A stretch of 64,000 nt of DNA, taken from the NCBI GenBank assembly GCA_964057225.1, contig OZ059898.1, forward strand, positions 19,406,001-19,470,000, given 5' to 3'. The notes under the pieces were generated by a model. That model saw only the letters and a program-made list of their open reading frames with translations. It had not been told where the DNA came from and did not search any database. This document shows positions 15,001 through 30,000 of this stretch, one piece after another. Origin of the DNA: Auanema rhodensis (lineage: Eukaryota; Animalia; Nematoda). How positions within the stretch are numbered: position 1 is the first letter of the stretch; each line of letters starts with the position of its first letter. A program made the translations under genes and the position numbers.

Positions 15001-18000
15001 AAAAGGAATCTAAAAACATCTACTTTTTGCTAAATTATTCTGAAATTTTTCGAAAAAATTTTTGTCAAAATGTTTTTGGAAGCAATGTTGAGTGTACATG
15101 GAAACTCAACATACACTAATGCATCATTTTTCAAACGATCATAACTAATTTTTGTATTAAGCGTTTCTCAATGTAGTATAGTGCATTCGATGCGGATTTT
15201 TAAGCTGCGTCGATCTGTGTTATCAGATTTGCGCTAGCTTAAAAATGCACCGAGATATCAACTGATATAAGTTCACACTTATATCCTCGATTTTCACCCT
15301 GAAGAATTAATTTTTTCGTTGAATAACATTGTCCATCGTCTTTGCCTTGAAAAAAGGAATCTAAAAACATCTACTTTTTGCTAAATTATTCTGAAATTTT
15401 TCGAAAAAATTTTTGTCAAAATGTTTTTGGAAGCAATGTTGAGTGTACATGGAAACTCAACATACACTAATGCATCATTTTTCAAACGATCATAACTAAT
15501 TTTTGTATTAAGCGTTTCTCAATGTAGAATAGTGCATTTGATGCGGATTTTTAAGCTGCGTCGATCTGTGTTATCAGATTTGCGCTAGCTTAAAAATGCA
15601 CCGAGATATCAACTGATATAAGTTCACACTTATATCCTCGATTTTCACCCTGAAGAAATAATTTTTTCGTTGAATAACATTGTCCATCGTCTTTGCCTGG
15701 AAAAAAGGAATCTAAAAACATCTACTTTTTGCTAAATTATTTTGAAATTTTTCGAAAAAATTTTTGTCAAAATGTTTTTGGAAGCAATGTTGAGTGTACA
15801 TGGAAACTCAACATACACTAATGCATCATTTTTCAAACGATCATAACTAATTTTTGTATTAAGCCTATCTCAATGTAGTATAGTGCATTTGATGCGGATT
15901 TTTAAGCTGCGTCGATCTGTGTTATCAGATTTGCGCTAGCTTAAAAATGCACCGAGATATCAACTGATATAAGTTCACACTTATATCCTCGATTTTCACC
16001 CTGAAGAATTAATTTTTTCGTTGAATAACATTGTCCATCGTCTTTGCCTTGAAAAAAGGAATCTAAAAACATCTACTTTTTGCTAAATTATTTTGAAATT
16101 TTTCGAAAAAATTTTTGTCAAAATGTTTTTGGAAGCAATGTTGAGTGTACATGGAAACTCAACATACACTAATGCATCATTTTTCAAACGATCATAACTA
16201 ATTTTTGTATTAAGCGTATCTCAATGTAGTATAGTGCATTTGATGCGGATTTTTAAGCTGCGTCGATCTGTGTTATCAGATTTGCGCTAGCTTAAAAATG
16301 CACCGAGATATCAACTGATATATGTTCACACTTATATCCTCGATTTTCACCCTGAAGAATTAATTTTTTCGTTGAATAACATTGTCCATCGTCTTTGCCT
16401 TGAAAAAAGGAATCTAAAAACATTTACTTTTTGCTAAATTATTCTGAAATTTTTCGAAAAAATTTTTGTCAAAATGTTTTTGGAAGCAATGTTGAGTGTA
16501 CATGGAAACTCAACATACACTAATGCATCATTTTTCAAACGATCATAACTAATTTTTGTATTAAGCGTTTTTTAATGTAGTATAGTGCATTCGATGCGGA
16601 TTTTTAAGCTGCGTCGATCTGTGTTATCAGATTTGCGCTAGCTTAAAAATGCACCGAGATATCAACTGATATAAGTTCACACTTATATCCTCGATTTTCA
16701 CCCTGAAGAAATAATTTTTTCGTTGAATAACATTGTCCATCGTCTTTTCCTTGAAAAAAGGAATCTAAAAACATCTACTTTTTGCTAAATTATTCTGAAA
16801 TTTTTCGAAAAAATTTTTGTCAAAATGTTTTTGGAAGCAATGTTGAGTGTACATGGAAACTCAACATACACTAATGCATCATTTTTCAAACGATCATAAC
16901 TAATTTTTGTATTAAGCGTTTCTCAATGTAGTATAGTGCATTCGATGCGGATTTTTAAGCTGCGTCGATCTGTGTTATCAGATTTGCGCTAGCTTAAAAA
17001 TGCACCGAGATATCAACTGATATAAGTTCACACTTATATCCTCGATTTTCACCCTGAAGAATTAATTTTTTCGTTGAATAACATTGTCCATCGTCTTTGC
17101 CTTGAAAAAAGGAATCTAAAAACATCTACTTTTTGCTAAATTATTTTGAAATTTTTCGAAAAAATTTTTGTCAAAATGTTTTTGGAAGCAATGTTGAGTG
17201 TACATGGAAACTCAACATACACTAATGCATCATTTTTCAAACGATCATAACTAATTTTTGTATTGAGCGTTTCTCAATGTAGTATAGTGCATTTGATGCG
17301 GATTTTTAAGCTGCGTCGATCTGTGTTATCAGATTTGCGCTAGCTTAAAAATGCACCGAGATATCAACTGATATATGTTCACACTTATATCCTCGATTTT
17401 CACCCTGAAGAATTAATTTTTTCGTTGAATAACATTGTCCATCGTCTTTGCCTTAAAAAAAGGAATCTAAAAACATTTACTTTTTGCTAAATTATTCTGA
17501 AATTTTTCGAAAAAATTTTTGTCAAAATGTTTTTGGAAGCAATGTTGAGTGTACATGGAAACTCAACATACACTAATGCATCATTTTTCAAACGATCATA
17601 ACTAATTTTTGTATTAAGCGTTTCTTAATGTAGTATAGTGCATTCGATGCGGATTTTTAAGCTGCGTCGATCTGTGTTATCAGATTTGCGCTAGCTTAAA
17701 AATGCACCGAGATATCAACTGATATAAGTTCACACTTATATCCTCGATTTTCACCCTGAAGAAATAATTTTTTCGTTGAATAACATTGTCCATCGTCTTT
17801 GCCTTGAAAAAAGGAATCTAAAAACATCTACTTTTTGCTAAATTATTTTGAAATTTTTCGAAAAAATTTTTGTCAAAATGTTTTTGGAAGCAATGTTGAG
17901 TGTACATGGAAACTCAACATACACTAATGCATCATTTTTCAAACGATCATAACTAATTTTTGTATTAAGCGTATCTCAATGTAGTATAGTGCATTTGATG

Positions 18001-21000
18001 CGGATTTTTAAGCTGCGTCGATCTGTGTTATCAGATTTGCGCTAGCTTAAAAATGCACCGAGATATCAACTGATATAAGTTCACACTTATATCCTCGATT
18101 TTCACCCTGAAGAATTAATTTTTTCGTTGAATAACATTGTCCATCGTCTTTGCCTTGAAAAAAGGAATCTAAAAACATTTACTTTTTGCTAAATTATTCT
18201 GAAATTTTTCGAAAAAATTTTTGTCAAAATGTTTTTGGAAGCAATGTTGAGTGTACATGGAAACTCAACATACACTAATGCATCATTTTTCAAACGATCA
18301 TAACTAATTTTTGTATTAAGCGTTTCTTAATGTAGTATAGTGCATTCGATGCGGATTTTTAAGCTGCGTCGATCTGTGTTATCAGATTTGCGCTAGCTTA
18401 AAAATGCACCGAGATATCAACTGATATAAGTTCACACTTATATCCTCGATTTTCACCCTGAAGAAATAATTTTTTCGTTGAATAACATTGTCCATCGTCT
18501 TTGCCTTGAAAAAAGGAATCTAAAAACATCTACTTTTTGCTAAATTATTTTGAAGTTTTTCGAAAAAATTTTTGTCAAAATGTTTTTGGAAGCAATGTTG
18601 AGTGTACATGGAAACTCAACATACACTAATGCATCATTTTTCAAACGATCATAACTAATTTTTGTATTAAGCGTTTCTCAATGTAGTATAGTGCATTCGA
18701 TGCGGATTTTTAAGCTGCGTCGATCTGTGTTATCAGATTTGCGCTAGCTTAAAAATGCACCGAGATATCAACTGATATAAGTTCACACTTATATCCTCGA
18801 TTTTCACCCTGAAGAATTAATTTTTTCGTTGAATAACATTGTCCATCGTCTTTGCCTTGAAAAAAGGAATCTAAAAACATCTACTTTTTGCTAAATTATT
18901 TTGAAGTTTTTCGAAAAAATTTTTGTCAAAATGTTTTTGGAAGCAATGTTGAGTGTACATGGAAACTCAACATACACTAATGCATCATTTTTCGAACGAT
19001 CATAACTAATTTTTGTATTAAGCGTTTCTCAATGTAGTATAGTGCATTCGATGCGGATTTTTAAGCTGCGTCGATCTGTGTTATCAGATTTGCGCTAGCT
19101 TAAAAATGCACCGAGATATCAACTGATATAAGTTCACACTTATATCCTCGATTTTCACCCTGAAGAAATAATTTTTTCGTTGAATAACATTGTCCATCAT
19201 CTTTGCCTTGAAAAAAGGAATCTAAAAACATCTACTTTTTGCTAAATTATTCTGAAATTTTTCGAAAAAATTTTTGTCAAAATGTTTTTGGAAGCAATGT
19301 TGAGTGTACATGGAAACTCAACATACACTAATGCATCATTTTTCAAACGATCATAACTAATTTTTGTATTGAGCGTTTCTCAATGTAGTATAGTGCATTT
19401 GATGCGGATTTTTAAGCTGCGTCGATCTGTGTTATCAGATTTGCGCTAGCTTAAAAATGCACCGAGATATCAACTGATATAAGTTCACACTTATATCCTC
19501 GATTTTCACCCTGAAGAAATAATTTTTTCGTTGAATAACATTGTCCATCGTCTTTGCCTTGAAAAAAGGAATCTAAAAACATCTACTTTTTGCTAAATTA
19601 TTTTGAAATTTTTCGAAAAAATTTTTGTCAAAATGTTTTTGGAAGCAATGTTGAGTGTACATGGAAACTCAACATACACTAATGCATCATTTTTCAAACG
19701 ATCATAACTAATTTTTGTATTAAGCGTATCTCAATGTAGTATAGTGCATTTGATGCGGATTTTTAAGCTGCGTCGATCTGTGTTATCAGATTTGCGCTAG
19801 CTTAAAAATGCACCGAGATATCAACTGATATAAGTTCACACTTATATCCTCGATTTTCACCCTGAAGAATTAATTTTTTCGTTGAATAACATTGTCCAAC
19901 GTCTTTGCCTTGAAAAAAGGAATCTAAAAACATTTACTTTTTGCTAAATTATTCTGAAATTTTTCGAAAAAATTTTTGTCAAAATGTTTTTGGAAGCAAT
20001 GTTGAGTGTACATGGAAACTCAACATACACTAATGCATCATTTTTCAAACGATCATAACTAATTTTTGTATTAAGCGTTTCTTAATGTAGTATAGTGCAT
20101 TCGATGCGGATTTTTAAGCTGCGTCGATCTGTGTTATCAGATTTGCGCTAGCTTAAAAATGCACCGAGATATCAACTGATATAAGTTCACACTTATATCC
20201 TCGATTTTCACCCTGAAGAAATAATTTTTTCGTTGAATAACATTGTCCATCGTCTTTGCCTTGAAAAAAGGAATCTAAAAACATCTACTTTTTGCTAAAT
20301 TATTTTGAAGTTTTTCGAAAAAATTTTTGTCAAAATGTTTTTGGAAGCAATGTTGAGTGTACATGGAAACTCAACATACACTAATGCATCATTTTTCAAA
20401 CGATCATAACTAATTTTTGTATTAAGCGTTTCTCAATGTAGTATAGTGCATTCGATGCGGATTTTTAAGCTGCGTCGATCTGTGTTATCAGATTTGCGCT
20501 AGCTTAAAAATGCACCGAGATATCAACTGATATAAGTTCACACTTATATCCTCGATTTTCACCCTGAAGAATTAATTTTTTCGTTGAATAACATTGTCCA
20601 TCGTCTTTGCCTTGAAAAAAGGAATCTAAAAACATCTACTTTTTGCTAAATTATTTTGAAGTTTTTCGAAAAAATTTTTGTCAAAATGTTTTTGGAAGCA
20701 ATGTTGAGTGTACATGGAAACTCAACATACACTAATGCATCATTTTTCAAACGATCATAACTAATTTTTGTATTAAGCGTTTCTCAATGTAGTATAGTGC
20801 ATTCGATGCGGATTTTTAAGCTGCGTCGATCTGTGTTATCAGATTTGCGCTAGCTTAAAAATGCACCGAGATATCAACTGATATAAGTTCACACTTATAT
20901 CCTCGATTTTCACCCTGAAGAAATAATTTTTTCGTTGAATAACATTGTCCATCATCTTTGCCTTGAAAAAAGGAATCTAAAAACATCTACTTTTTGCTAA

Positions 21001-24000
21001 ATTATTCTGAAATTTTTCGAAAAAATTTTTGTCAAAATGTTTTTGGAAGCAATGTTGAGTGTACATGGAAACTCAACATACACTAATGCATCATTTTTCA
21101 AACGATCATAACTAATTTTTGTATTGAGCGTTTCTCAATGTAGTATAGTGCATTTGATGCGGATTTTTAAGCTGCGTCGATCTGTGTTATCAGATTTGCG
21201 CTAGCTTAAAAATGCACCGAGATATCAACTGATATAAGTTCACACTTATATCCTCGATTTTCACCCTGAAGAAATAATTTTTTCGTTGAATAACATTGTC
21301 CATCGTCTTTGCCTTGAAAAAAGGAATCTAAAAACATCTACTTTTTGCTAAATTATTTTGAAATTTTTCGAAAAAATTTTTGTCAAAATGTTTTTGGAAG
21401 CAATGTTGAGTGTACATGGAAACTCAACATACACTAATGCATCATTTTTCAAACGATCATAACTAATTTTTGTATTAAGCGTATCTCAATGTAGTATAGT
21501 GCATTTGATGCGGATTTTTAAGCTGCGTCGATCTGTGTTATCAGATTTGCGCTAGCTTAAAAATGCACCGAGATATCAACTGATATAAGTTCACACTTAT
21601 ATCCTCGATTTTCACCCTGAAGAATTAATTTTTTCGTTGAATAACATTGTCCATCGTCTTTGCCTTGAAAAAAGGAATCTAAAAACATTTACTTTTTGCT
21701 AAATTATTCTGAAATTTTTCGAAAAAATTTTTGTCAAAATGTTTTTGGAAGCAATGTTGAGTGTACATGGAAACTCAACATACACTAATGCATCATTTTT
21801 CAAACGATCATAACTAATTTTTGTATTAAGCGTTTCTTAATGTAGTATAGTGCATTCGATGCGGATTTTTAAGCTGCGTCGATCTGTGTTATCAGATTTG
21901 CGCTAGCTTAAAAATGCACCGAGATATCAACTGATATAAGTTCACACTTATATCCTCGATTTTCACCCTGAAGAAATAATTTTTTCGTTGAATAACATTG
22001 TCCATCGTCTTTGCCTTGAAATAAGGAATCTAAAAACATCTACTTTTTGCTAAATTATTTTGAAGTTTTTCGAAAAAATTTTTGTCAAAATGTTTTTGGA
22101 AGCAATGTTGAGTGTACATGGAAACTCAACATACACTAATGCATCATTTTTCAAACGATCATAACTAATTTTTGTATTAAGCGTTTCTCAATGTAGTATA
22201 GTGCATTCGATGCGGATTTTTAAGCTGCGTCGATCTGTGTTATCAGATTTGCGCTAGCTTAAAAATGCACCGAGATATCAACTGATATAAGTTCACACTT
22301 ATATCCTCGATTTTCACCCTGAAGAATTAATTTTTTCGTTGAATAACATTGTCCATCGTCTTTGCCTTGAAAAAAGGAATCTAAAAACATCTACTTTTTG
22401 CTAAATTATTTTGAAGTTTTTCGAAAAAATTTTTGTCAAAATGTTTTTGGAAGCAATGTTGAGTGTACATGGAAACTCAACATACACTAATGCATCATTT
22501 TTCAAACGATCATAACTAATTTTTGTATTAAGCGTTTCTCAATGTAGTATAGTGCATTCGATGCGGATTTTTAAGCTGCGTCGATCTGTGTTATCAGATT
22601 TGCGCTAGCTTAAAAATGCACCGAGATATCAACTGATATAAGTTCACACATATATCCTCGATTTTCACCCTGAAGAATTAATTTTTTTGTTGAATAACAT
22701 TGTCCATCGTCTTTGCCTTGAAAAAAGGAATCTAAAAACATCTACTTTTTGCTAAATTATTTTGAAGTTTTTCGAAAAAATTTTTGTCAAAATGTTTTTG
22801 GAAGCAATGTTGAGTGTACATGGAAACTCAACATACACTAATGCATCATTTTTCAAACGATCATAACTAATTTTTGTATTAAGCGTTTCTCAATGTAGTA
22901 TAGTGCATTTGATGCGGATTTTTAAGCTGCGTCGATCTGTGTTATCAGATTTGCGCTAGCTTAAAAATGCACCGAGATATCAACTGATATAAGTTCACAC
23001 TTATATCCTCGATTTTCACCCTGAAGAAATAATTTTTTCGTTGAATAACATTGTCCATCGTCTTTGCCTTGAAAAAAGGAATCTAAAAACATCTACTTTT
23101 TGCTAAATTATTCTGAAATTTTTCGAAAAAATTTTTGTCAAAATGTTTTTGGAAGCAATGTTGAGTGTACATGGAAACTCAACATACACTAATGCATCAT
23201 TTTTCAAACGATCATAACTAATTTTTGTATTGAGCGTTTCTCAATGTAGTATAGTGCATTTGATGCGGATTTTTAAGCTGCGTCGATCTGTGTTATCAGA
23301 TTTGCGCTAGCTTAAAAATGCACCGAGATATCAACTGATATAAGTTCACACTTATATCCTCGATTTTCACCCTGAAGAAATAATTTTTTCGTTGAATAAC
23401 ATTGTCCATCGTCTTTGCCTTGAAAAAAGGAATCTAAAAACATCTACTTTTTGCTAAATTATTTTGAAATTTTTCGAAAAAATTTTTGTCAAAATGTTTT
23501 TGGAAGCAATGTTGAGTGTACATGGAAACTCAACATACACTAATGCATCATTTTTCAAACGATCATAACTAATTTTTGTATTAAGCGTATCTCAATGTAG
23601 TATAGTGCATTTGATGCGGATTTTTAAGCTGCGTCGATCTGTGTTATCAGATTTGCGCTAGCTTAAAAATGCACCGAGATATCAACTGATATAAGTTCAC
23701 ACTTATATCCTCGATTTTCACCCTGAAGAATTAATTTTTTCGTTGAATAACATTGTCCATCGTCTTTGCCTTGAAAAAAGGAATCTAAAAACATTTACTT
23801 TTTGCTAAATTATTCTGAAATTTTTCGAAAAAATTTTTGTCAAAATGTTTTTGGAAGCAATGTTGAGTGTACATGGAAACTCAACATACACTAATGCATC
23901 ATTTTTCAAACGATCATAACTAATTTTTGTATTAAGCGTTTCTTAATGTAGTATAGTGCATTCGATGCGGATTTTTAAGCTGCGTCGATCTGTGTTATCA

Positions 24001-27000
24001 GATTTGCGCTAGCTTAAAAATGCACCGAGATATCAACTGATATAAGTTCACACTTATATCCTCGATTTTCACCCTGAAGAAATAATTTTTTCGTTGAATA
24101 ACATTGTCCATCGTCTTTGCCTTGAAATAAGGAATCTAAAAACATCTACTTTTTGCTAAATTATTTTGAAGTTTTTCGAAAAAATTTTTGTCAAAATGTT
24201 TTTGGAAGCAATGTTGAGTGTACATGGAAACTCAACATACACTAATGCATCATTTTTCAAACGATCATAACTAATTTTTGTATTAAGCGTTTCTCAATGT
24301 AGTATAGTGCATTCGATGCGGATTTTTAAGCTGCGTCGATCTGTGTTATCAGATTTGCGCTAGCTTAAAAATGCACCGAGATATCAACTGATATAAGTTC
24401 ACACTTATATCCTCGATTTTCACCCTGAAGAATTAATTTTTTCGTTGAATAACATTGTCCATCGTCTTTGCCTTGAAAAAAGGAATCTAAAAACATCTAC
24501 TTTTTGCTAAATTATTTTGAAGTTTTTCGAAAAAATTTTTGTCAAAATGTTTTTGGAAGCAATGTTGAGTGTACATGGAAACTCAACATACACTAATGCA
24601 TCATTTTTCAAACGATCATAACTAATTTTTGTATTAAGCGTTTCTCAATGTAGTATAGTGCATTCGATGCGGATTTTTAAGCTGCGTCGATCTGTGTTAT
24701 CAGATTTGCGCTAGCTTAAAAATGCACCGAGATATCAACTGATATAAGTTCACACATATATCCTCGATTTTCACCCTGAAGAATTAATTTTTTTGTTGAA
24801 TAACATTGTCCATCGTCTTTGCCTTGAAAAAAGGAATCTAAAAACATCTACTTTTTGCTAAATTATTTTGAAGTTTTTCGAAAAAATTTTTGTCAAAATG
24901 TTTTTGGAAGCAATGTTGAGTGTACATGGAAACTCAACATACACTAATGCATCATTTTTCAAACGATCATAACTAATTTTTGTATTAAGCGTTTCTCAAT
25001 GTAGTATAGTGCATTTGATGCGGATTTTTAAGCTGCGTCGATCTGTGTTATCAGATTTGCGCTAGCTTAAAAATGCACCGAGATATCAACTGATATAAGT
25101 TCACACTTATATCCTCGATTTTCACCCTGAAGAAATAATTTTTTCGTTGAATAACATTGTCCATCGTCTTTGCCTTGAAATAAGGAATCTAAAAACATCT
25201 ACTTTTTGCTAAATTATTTTGAAATTTTTCGAAAAAATTTTTGTCAAAATGTTTTTGGAAGCAATGTTGAGTGTACATGGAAACTCAACATACACTAATG
25301 CATCATTTTTCAAACGATCATAGTTAATTTTTGTATTAAGCGTTTCTCAATGTAGTATAGTGCATTTGATGCGGATTTTTAAGCTGCGTCGATCTGTGTT
25401 ATCAGATTTGCGCTAGCTTAAAAATGCACCGAGATATCAACTGATATAAGTTCACACTTATATCCTCGATTTTCACCCTGAAGAAATAATTTTTTCGTTG
25501 AATAACATTGTCCATCGTCTTTGCCTTGAAAAAAGGAATCTAAAAACATCTACTTTTTGCTAAATTATTTTGAAATTTTTCGAAAAAATTTTTGTCAAAA
25601 TGTTTTTGGAAGCAATGTTTAGTGTACATGGAAACTCAACATACACTAATGCATCATTTTTCAAACGATCATAACTAATTTTTGTATTAAGCGTATCTCA
25701 ATGTAGTATAGTGCATTTGATGCGGATTTTTAAGCTGCGTCGATCTGTGTTATCAGATTTGCGCTAGCTTAAAAATGCACCGAGATATCAACTGATATAA
25801 GTTCACACTTATATCCTCTATTTTCACCCTGAAGAATTAAATTTTTCGTTGAATAACATTGTCCATCGTCTTTGCCTTGAAAAAAGGAATCTAAAAACAT
25901 CTACTTTTTGCTAAATTATTCTGAAATTTTTCGAAAAAATTTTTGTCAAAATGTTTTTGGAAGCAATGTTGAGTGTACATGGAAACTCAACATACACTAA
26001 TGCATCATTTTTCGAACGATCATAACTAATTTTTGTATTAAGCGTTTCTCAATGTAGTATAGTGCATTCGATGCGGATTTTTAAGCTGCGTCGATCTGTG
26101 TTATCAGATTTGCGCTAGCTTAAAAATGCACCGAGATATCAACTGATATAAGTTCACACTTATATCCTCGATTTTCACCCTGAAGAATTAATTTTTTCGT
26201 TGAATAACATTGTCCATCGTCTTTGCCTTGAAAAAAGGAATCTAAAAACATCTACTTTTTGCTAAATTATTCTGAAATTTTTCGAAAAAATTTTTGTCAA
26301 AATGTTTTTGGAAGCAATGTTGAGTGTACATGGAAACTCAACATACACTAATGCATCATTTTTCAAACGATCATAACTAATTTTTGTATTAAGCGTTTCT
26401 CAATGTAGTATAGTGCATTTGATGCGGATTTTTAAGCTGCGTCGATCTGTGTTATCAGATTTGCGCTAGCTTAAAAATGCACCGAGATATCAACTGATAT
26501 AAGTTCACACTTATATCCTCGATTTTCACCCTGAAGAAATAATTTTTTCGTTGAATAACATTGTCCATCGTCTTTGCCTTGAAAAAAGGAATCTAAAAAC
26601 ATCTACTTTTTGCTAAATTATTTTGAAATTTTTCGAAAAAATTTTTGTCAAAATGTTTTTGGAAGCAATGTTGAGTGTACATGGAAACTCAACATACACT
26701 AATGCATCATTTTTCAAACGATCATAACTAATTTTTGTATTAAGCGTATCTCAATGTAGTATAGTGCATTTGATGCGGATTTTTAAGCTGCGTCGATCTG
26801 TGTTATCAGATTTGCGCTAGCTTAAAAATGCACCGAGATATCAACTGATATAAGTTCACACTTATATCCTCGATTTTCACCCTGAAGAATTAATTTTTTC
26901 GTTGAATAACATTGTCCATCGTCTTTGCCTTGAAAAAAGGAATCTAAAAACATCTACTTTTTGCTAAATTATTCTGAAATTTTTCGAAAAAATTTTTGTC

Positions 27001-30000
27001 AAAATGTTTTTGGAAGCAATGTTGAGTGTACATGGAAACTCAACATACACTAATGCATCATTTTTCAAACGATCATAACTAATTTTTGTATTAAGCGTTT
27101 CTCAATGTAGTATAGTGCATTTGATGCGGATTTTTAAGCTGCGTCGATCTGTGTTATCAGATTTGCGCTAGCTTAAAAATGCACCGAGATATCAACTGAT
27201 ATAAGTTCACACTTATATCCTCGATTTTCACCCTGAAGAATTAATTTTTTCGTTGAATAACATTGTCCATCGTCTTTGCCTTGAAAAAAGGAATCTAAAA
27301 ACATCTACTTTTTGCTAAATTATTCTGAAATTTTTCGAAAAAATTTTTGTCAAAATGTTTTTGGAAGCAATGTTGAGTGTACATGGAAACTCAACATACA
27401 CTAATGCATCATTTTTCGAACGATCATAACTAATTTTTGTATTAAGCGTTTCTCAATGTAGTATAGTGCATTCGATGCGGATTTTTAAGCTGCGTCGATC
27501 TGTGTTATCAGATTTGCGCTAGCTTAAAAATGCACCGAGATATCAACTGATATAAGTTCACACTTATATCCTCGATTTTCACCCTGAAGAATTAATTTTT
27601 TCGTTGAATAACATAGTCCATCGTCTTTGCCTTGAAAAAAGGAATCTAAAAACATCTACTTTTTGCTAAATTATTCTGAAATTTTTCGAAAAAATTTTTG
27701 TCAAAATGTTTTTGGAAGCAATGTTGAGTGTACATGGAAACTCAACATACACTAATGCATCATTTTTCAAACGATCATAACTAATTTTTGTATTAAGCGT
27801 TTCTCAATGTAGTATAGTGCATTTGATGCGGATTTTTAAGCTGCGTCGATCTGTGTTATCAGATTTGCGCTAGCTTAAAAATGCACCGAGATATCAACTG
27901 ATATAAGTTCACACTTATATCCTCGATTTTCACCCTGAAGAAATAATTTTTTCGTTGAATAACATTGTCCATCGTCTTTGCCTTGAAAAAAGGAATCTAA
28001 AAACATCTACTTTTTGCTAAATTATTTTGAAATTTTTCGAAAAAATTTTTGTCAAAATGTTTTTGGAAGCAATGTTGAGTGTACATGGAAACTCAACATA
28101 CACTAATGCATCATTTTTCAAACGATCATAACTAATTTTTGTATTAAGCGTTTCTCAATGTAGTATAGTGCATTTGATGCGGATTTTTAAGCTGCGTCGA
28201 TCTGTGTTATCAGATTTGCGCTAGCTTAAAAATGCACCGAGATATCAACTGATATAAGTTCACACTTATATCCTCGATTTTCACCCTGAAGAATTAATTT
28301 TTTCGTTGAATAACATTGTCCATCGTCTTTGCCTTGAAAAAAGGAATCTAAAAACATCTACTTTTTGCTAAATTATTCTGAAATTTTTCGAAAAAATTTT
28401 TGTCAAAATGTTTTTGGAAGCAATGTTGAGTGTACATGGAAACTCAACATACACTAATGCATCATTTTTCGAACGATCATAACTAATTTTTGTATTAAGC
28501 GTTTCTCAATGTAGTATAGTGCATTCGATGCGGATTTTTAAGCTGCGTCGATCTGTGTTATCAGATTTGCGCTAGCTTAAAAATGCACCGAGATATCAAC
28601 TGATATAAGTTCACACTTATATCCTCGATTTTCACCCTGAAGAATTAATTTTTTCGTTGAATAACATAGTCCATCGTCTTTGCCTTGAAAAAAGGAATCT
28701 AAAAACATCTACTTTTTGCTAAATTATTCTGAAATTTTTCGAAAAAATTTTTGTCAAAATGTTTTTGGAAGCAATGTTGAGTGTACATGGAAACTCAACA
28801 TACACTAATGCATCATTTTTCAAACGATCATAACTAATTTTTGTATTAAGCGTTTCTCAATGTAGTATAGTGCATTTGATGCGGATTTTTAAGCTGCGTC
28901 GATCTGTGTTATCAGATTTGCGCTAGCTTAAAAATGCACCGAGATATCAACTGATATAAGTTCACACTTATATCCTCGATTTTCACCCTGAAGAAATAAT
29001 TTTTTCGTTGAATAACATTGTCCATCGTCTTTGCCTTGAAAAAAGGAATCTAAAAACATCTACTTTTTGCTAAATTATTTTGAAATTTTTCGAAAAAATT
29101 TTTGTCAAAATGTTTTTGGAAGCAATGTTGAGTGTACATGGAAACTCAACATACACTAATGCATCATTTTTCAAACGATCATAACTAATTTTTGTATTAA
29201 GCGTTTCTCAATGTAGTATAGTGCATTTGATGCGGATTTTTAAGCTGCGTCGATCTGTGTTATCAGATTTGCGCTAGCTTAAAAATGCACCGAGATATCA
29301 ACTGATATAAGTTCACACTTATATCCTCGATTTTCACCCTGAAGAAATAATTTTTTCGTTGAATAACATTGTCCATCGTCTTTGCCTTGAAAAAAGGAAT
29401 CTAAAAACATCTACTTTTTGCTAAATTATTTTGAAATTTTTCGAAAAAATTTTTGTCAAAATGTTTTTGGAAGCAATGTTGAGTGTACATGGAAACTCAA
29501 CATACACTAATGCATCATTTTTCAAACGATCATAACTAATTTTTGTATTAAGCGTATCTCAATGTAGTATAGTGCATTTGATGCGGATTTTTAAGCTGCG
29601 TCGATCTGTGTTATCAGATTTGCGCTAGCTTAAAAATGCACCGAGATATCAACTGATATAAGTTCACACTTATATCCTCGATTTTCACCCTGAAGAATTA
29701 ATTTTTTCGTTGAATAACATTGTCCATCGTCTTTGCCTTGAAAAAAGGAATCTAAAAACATCTACTTTTTGCTAAATTATTCTGAAATTTTTCGAAAAAA
29801 TTTTTGTCAAAATGTTTTTGGAAGCAATGTTGAGTGTACATGGAAACTCAACATACACTAATGCATCATTTTTCAAACGATCATAACTAATTTTTGTATT
29901 AAGCGTTTCTCAATGTAGTATAAAGCATTTGATGCGGATTTTTAAGCTGCGTCGATCTGTGTTATCAGATTTGCGCTAGCTTAAAAATGCACCGAGATAT

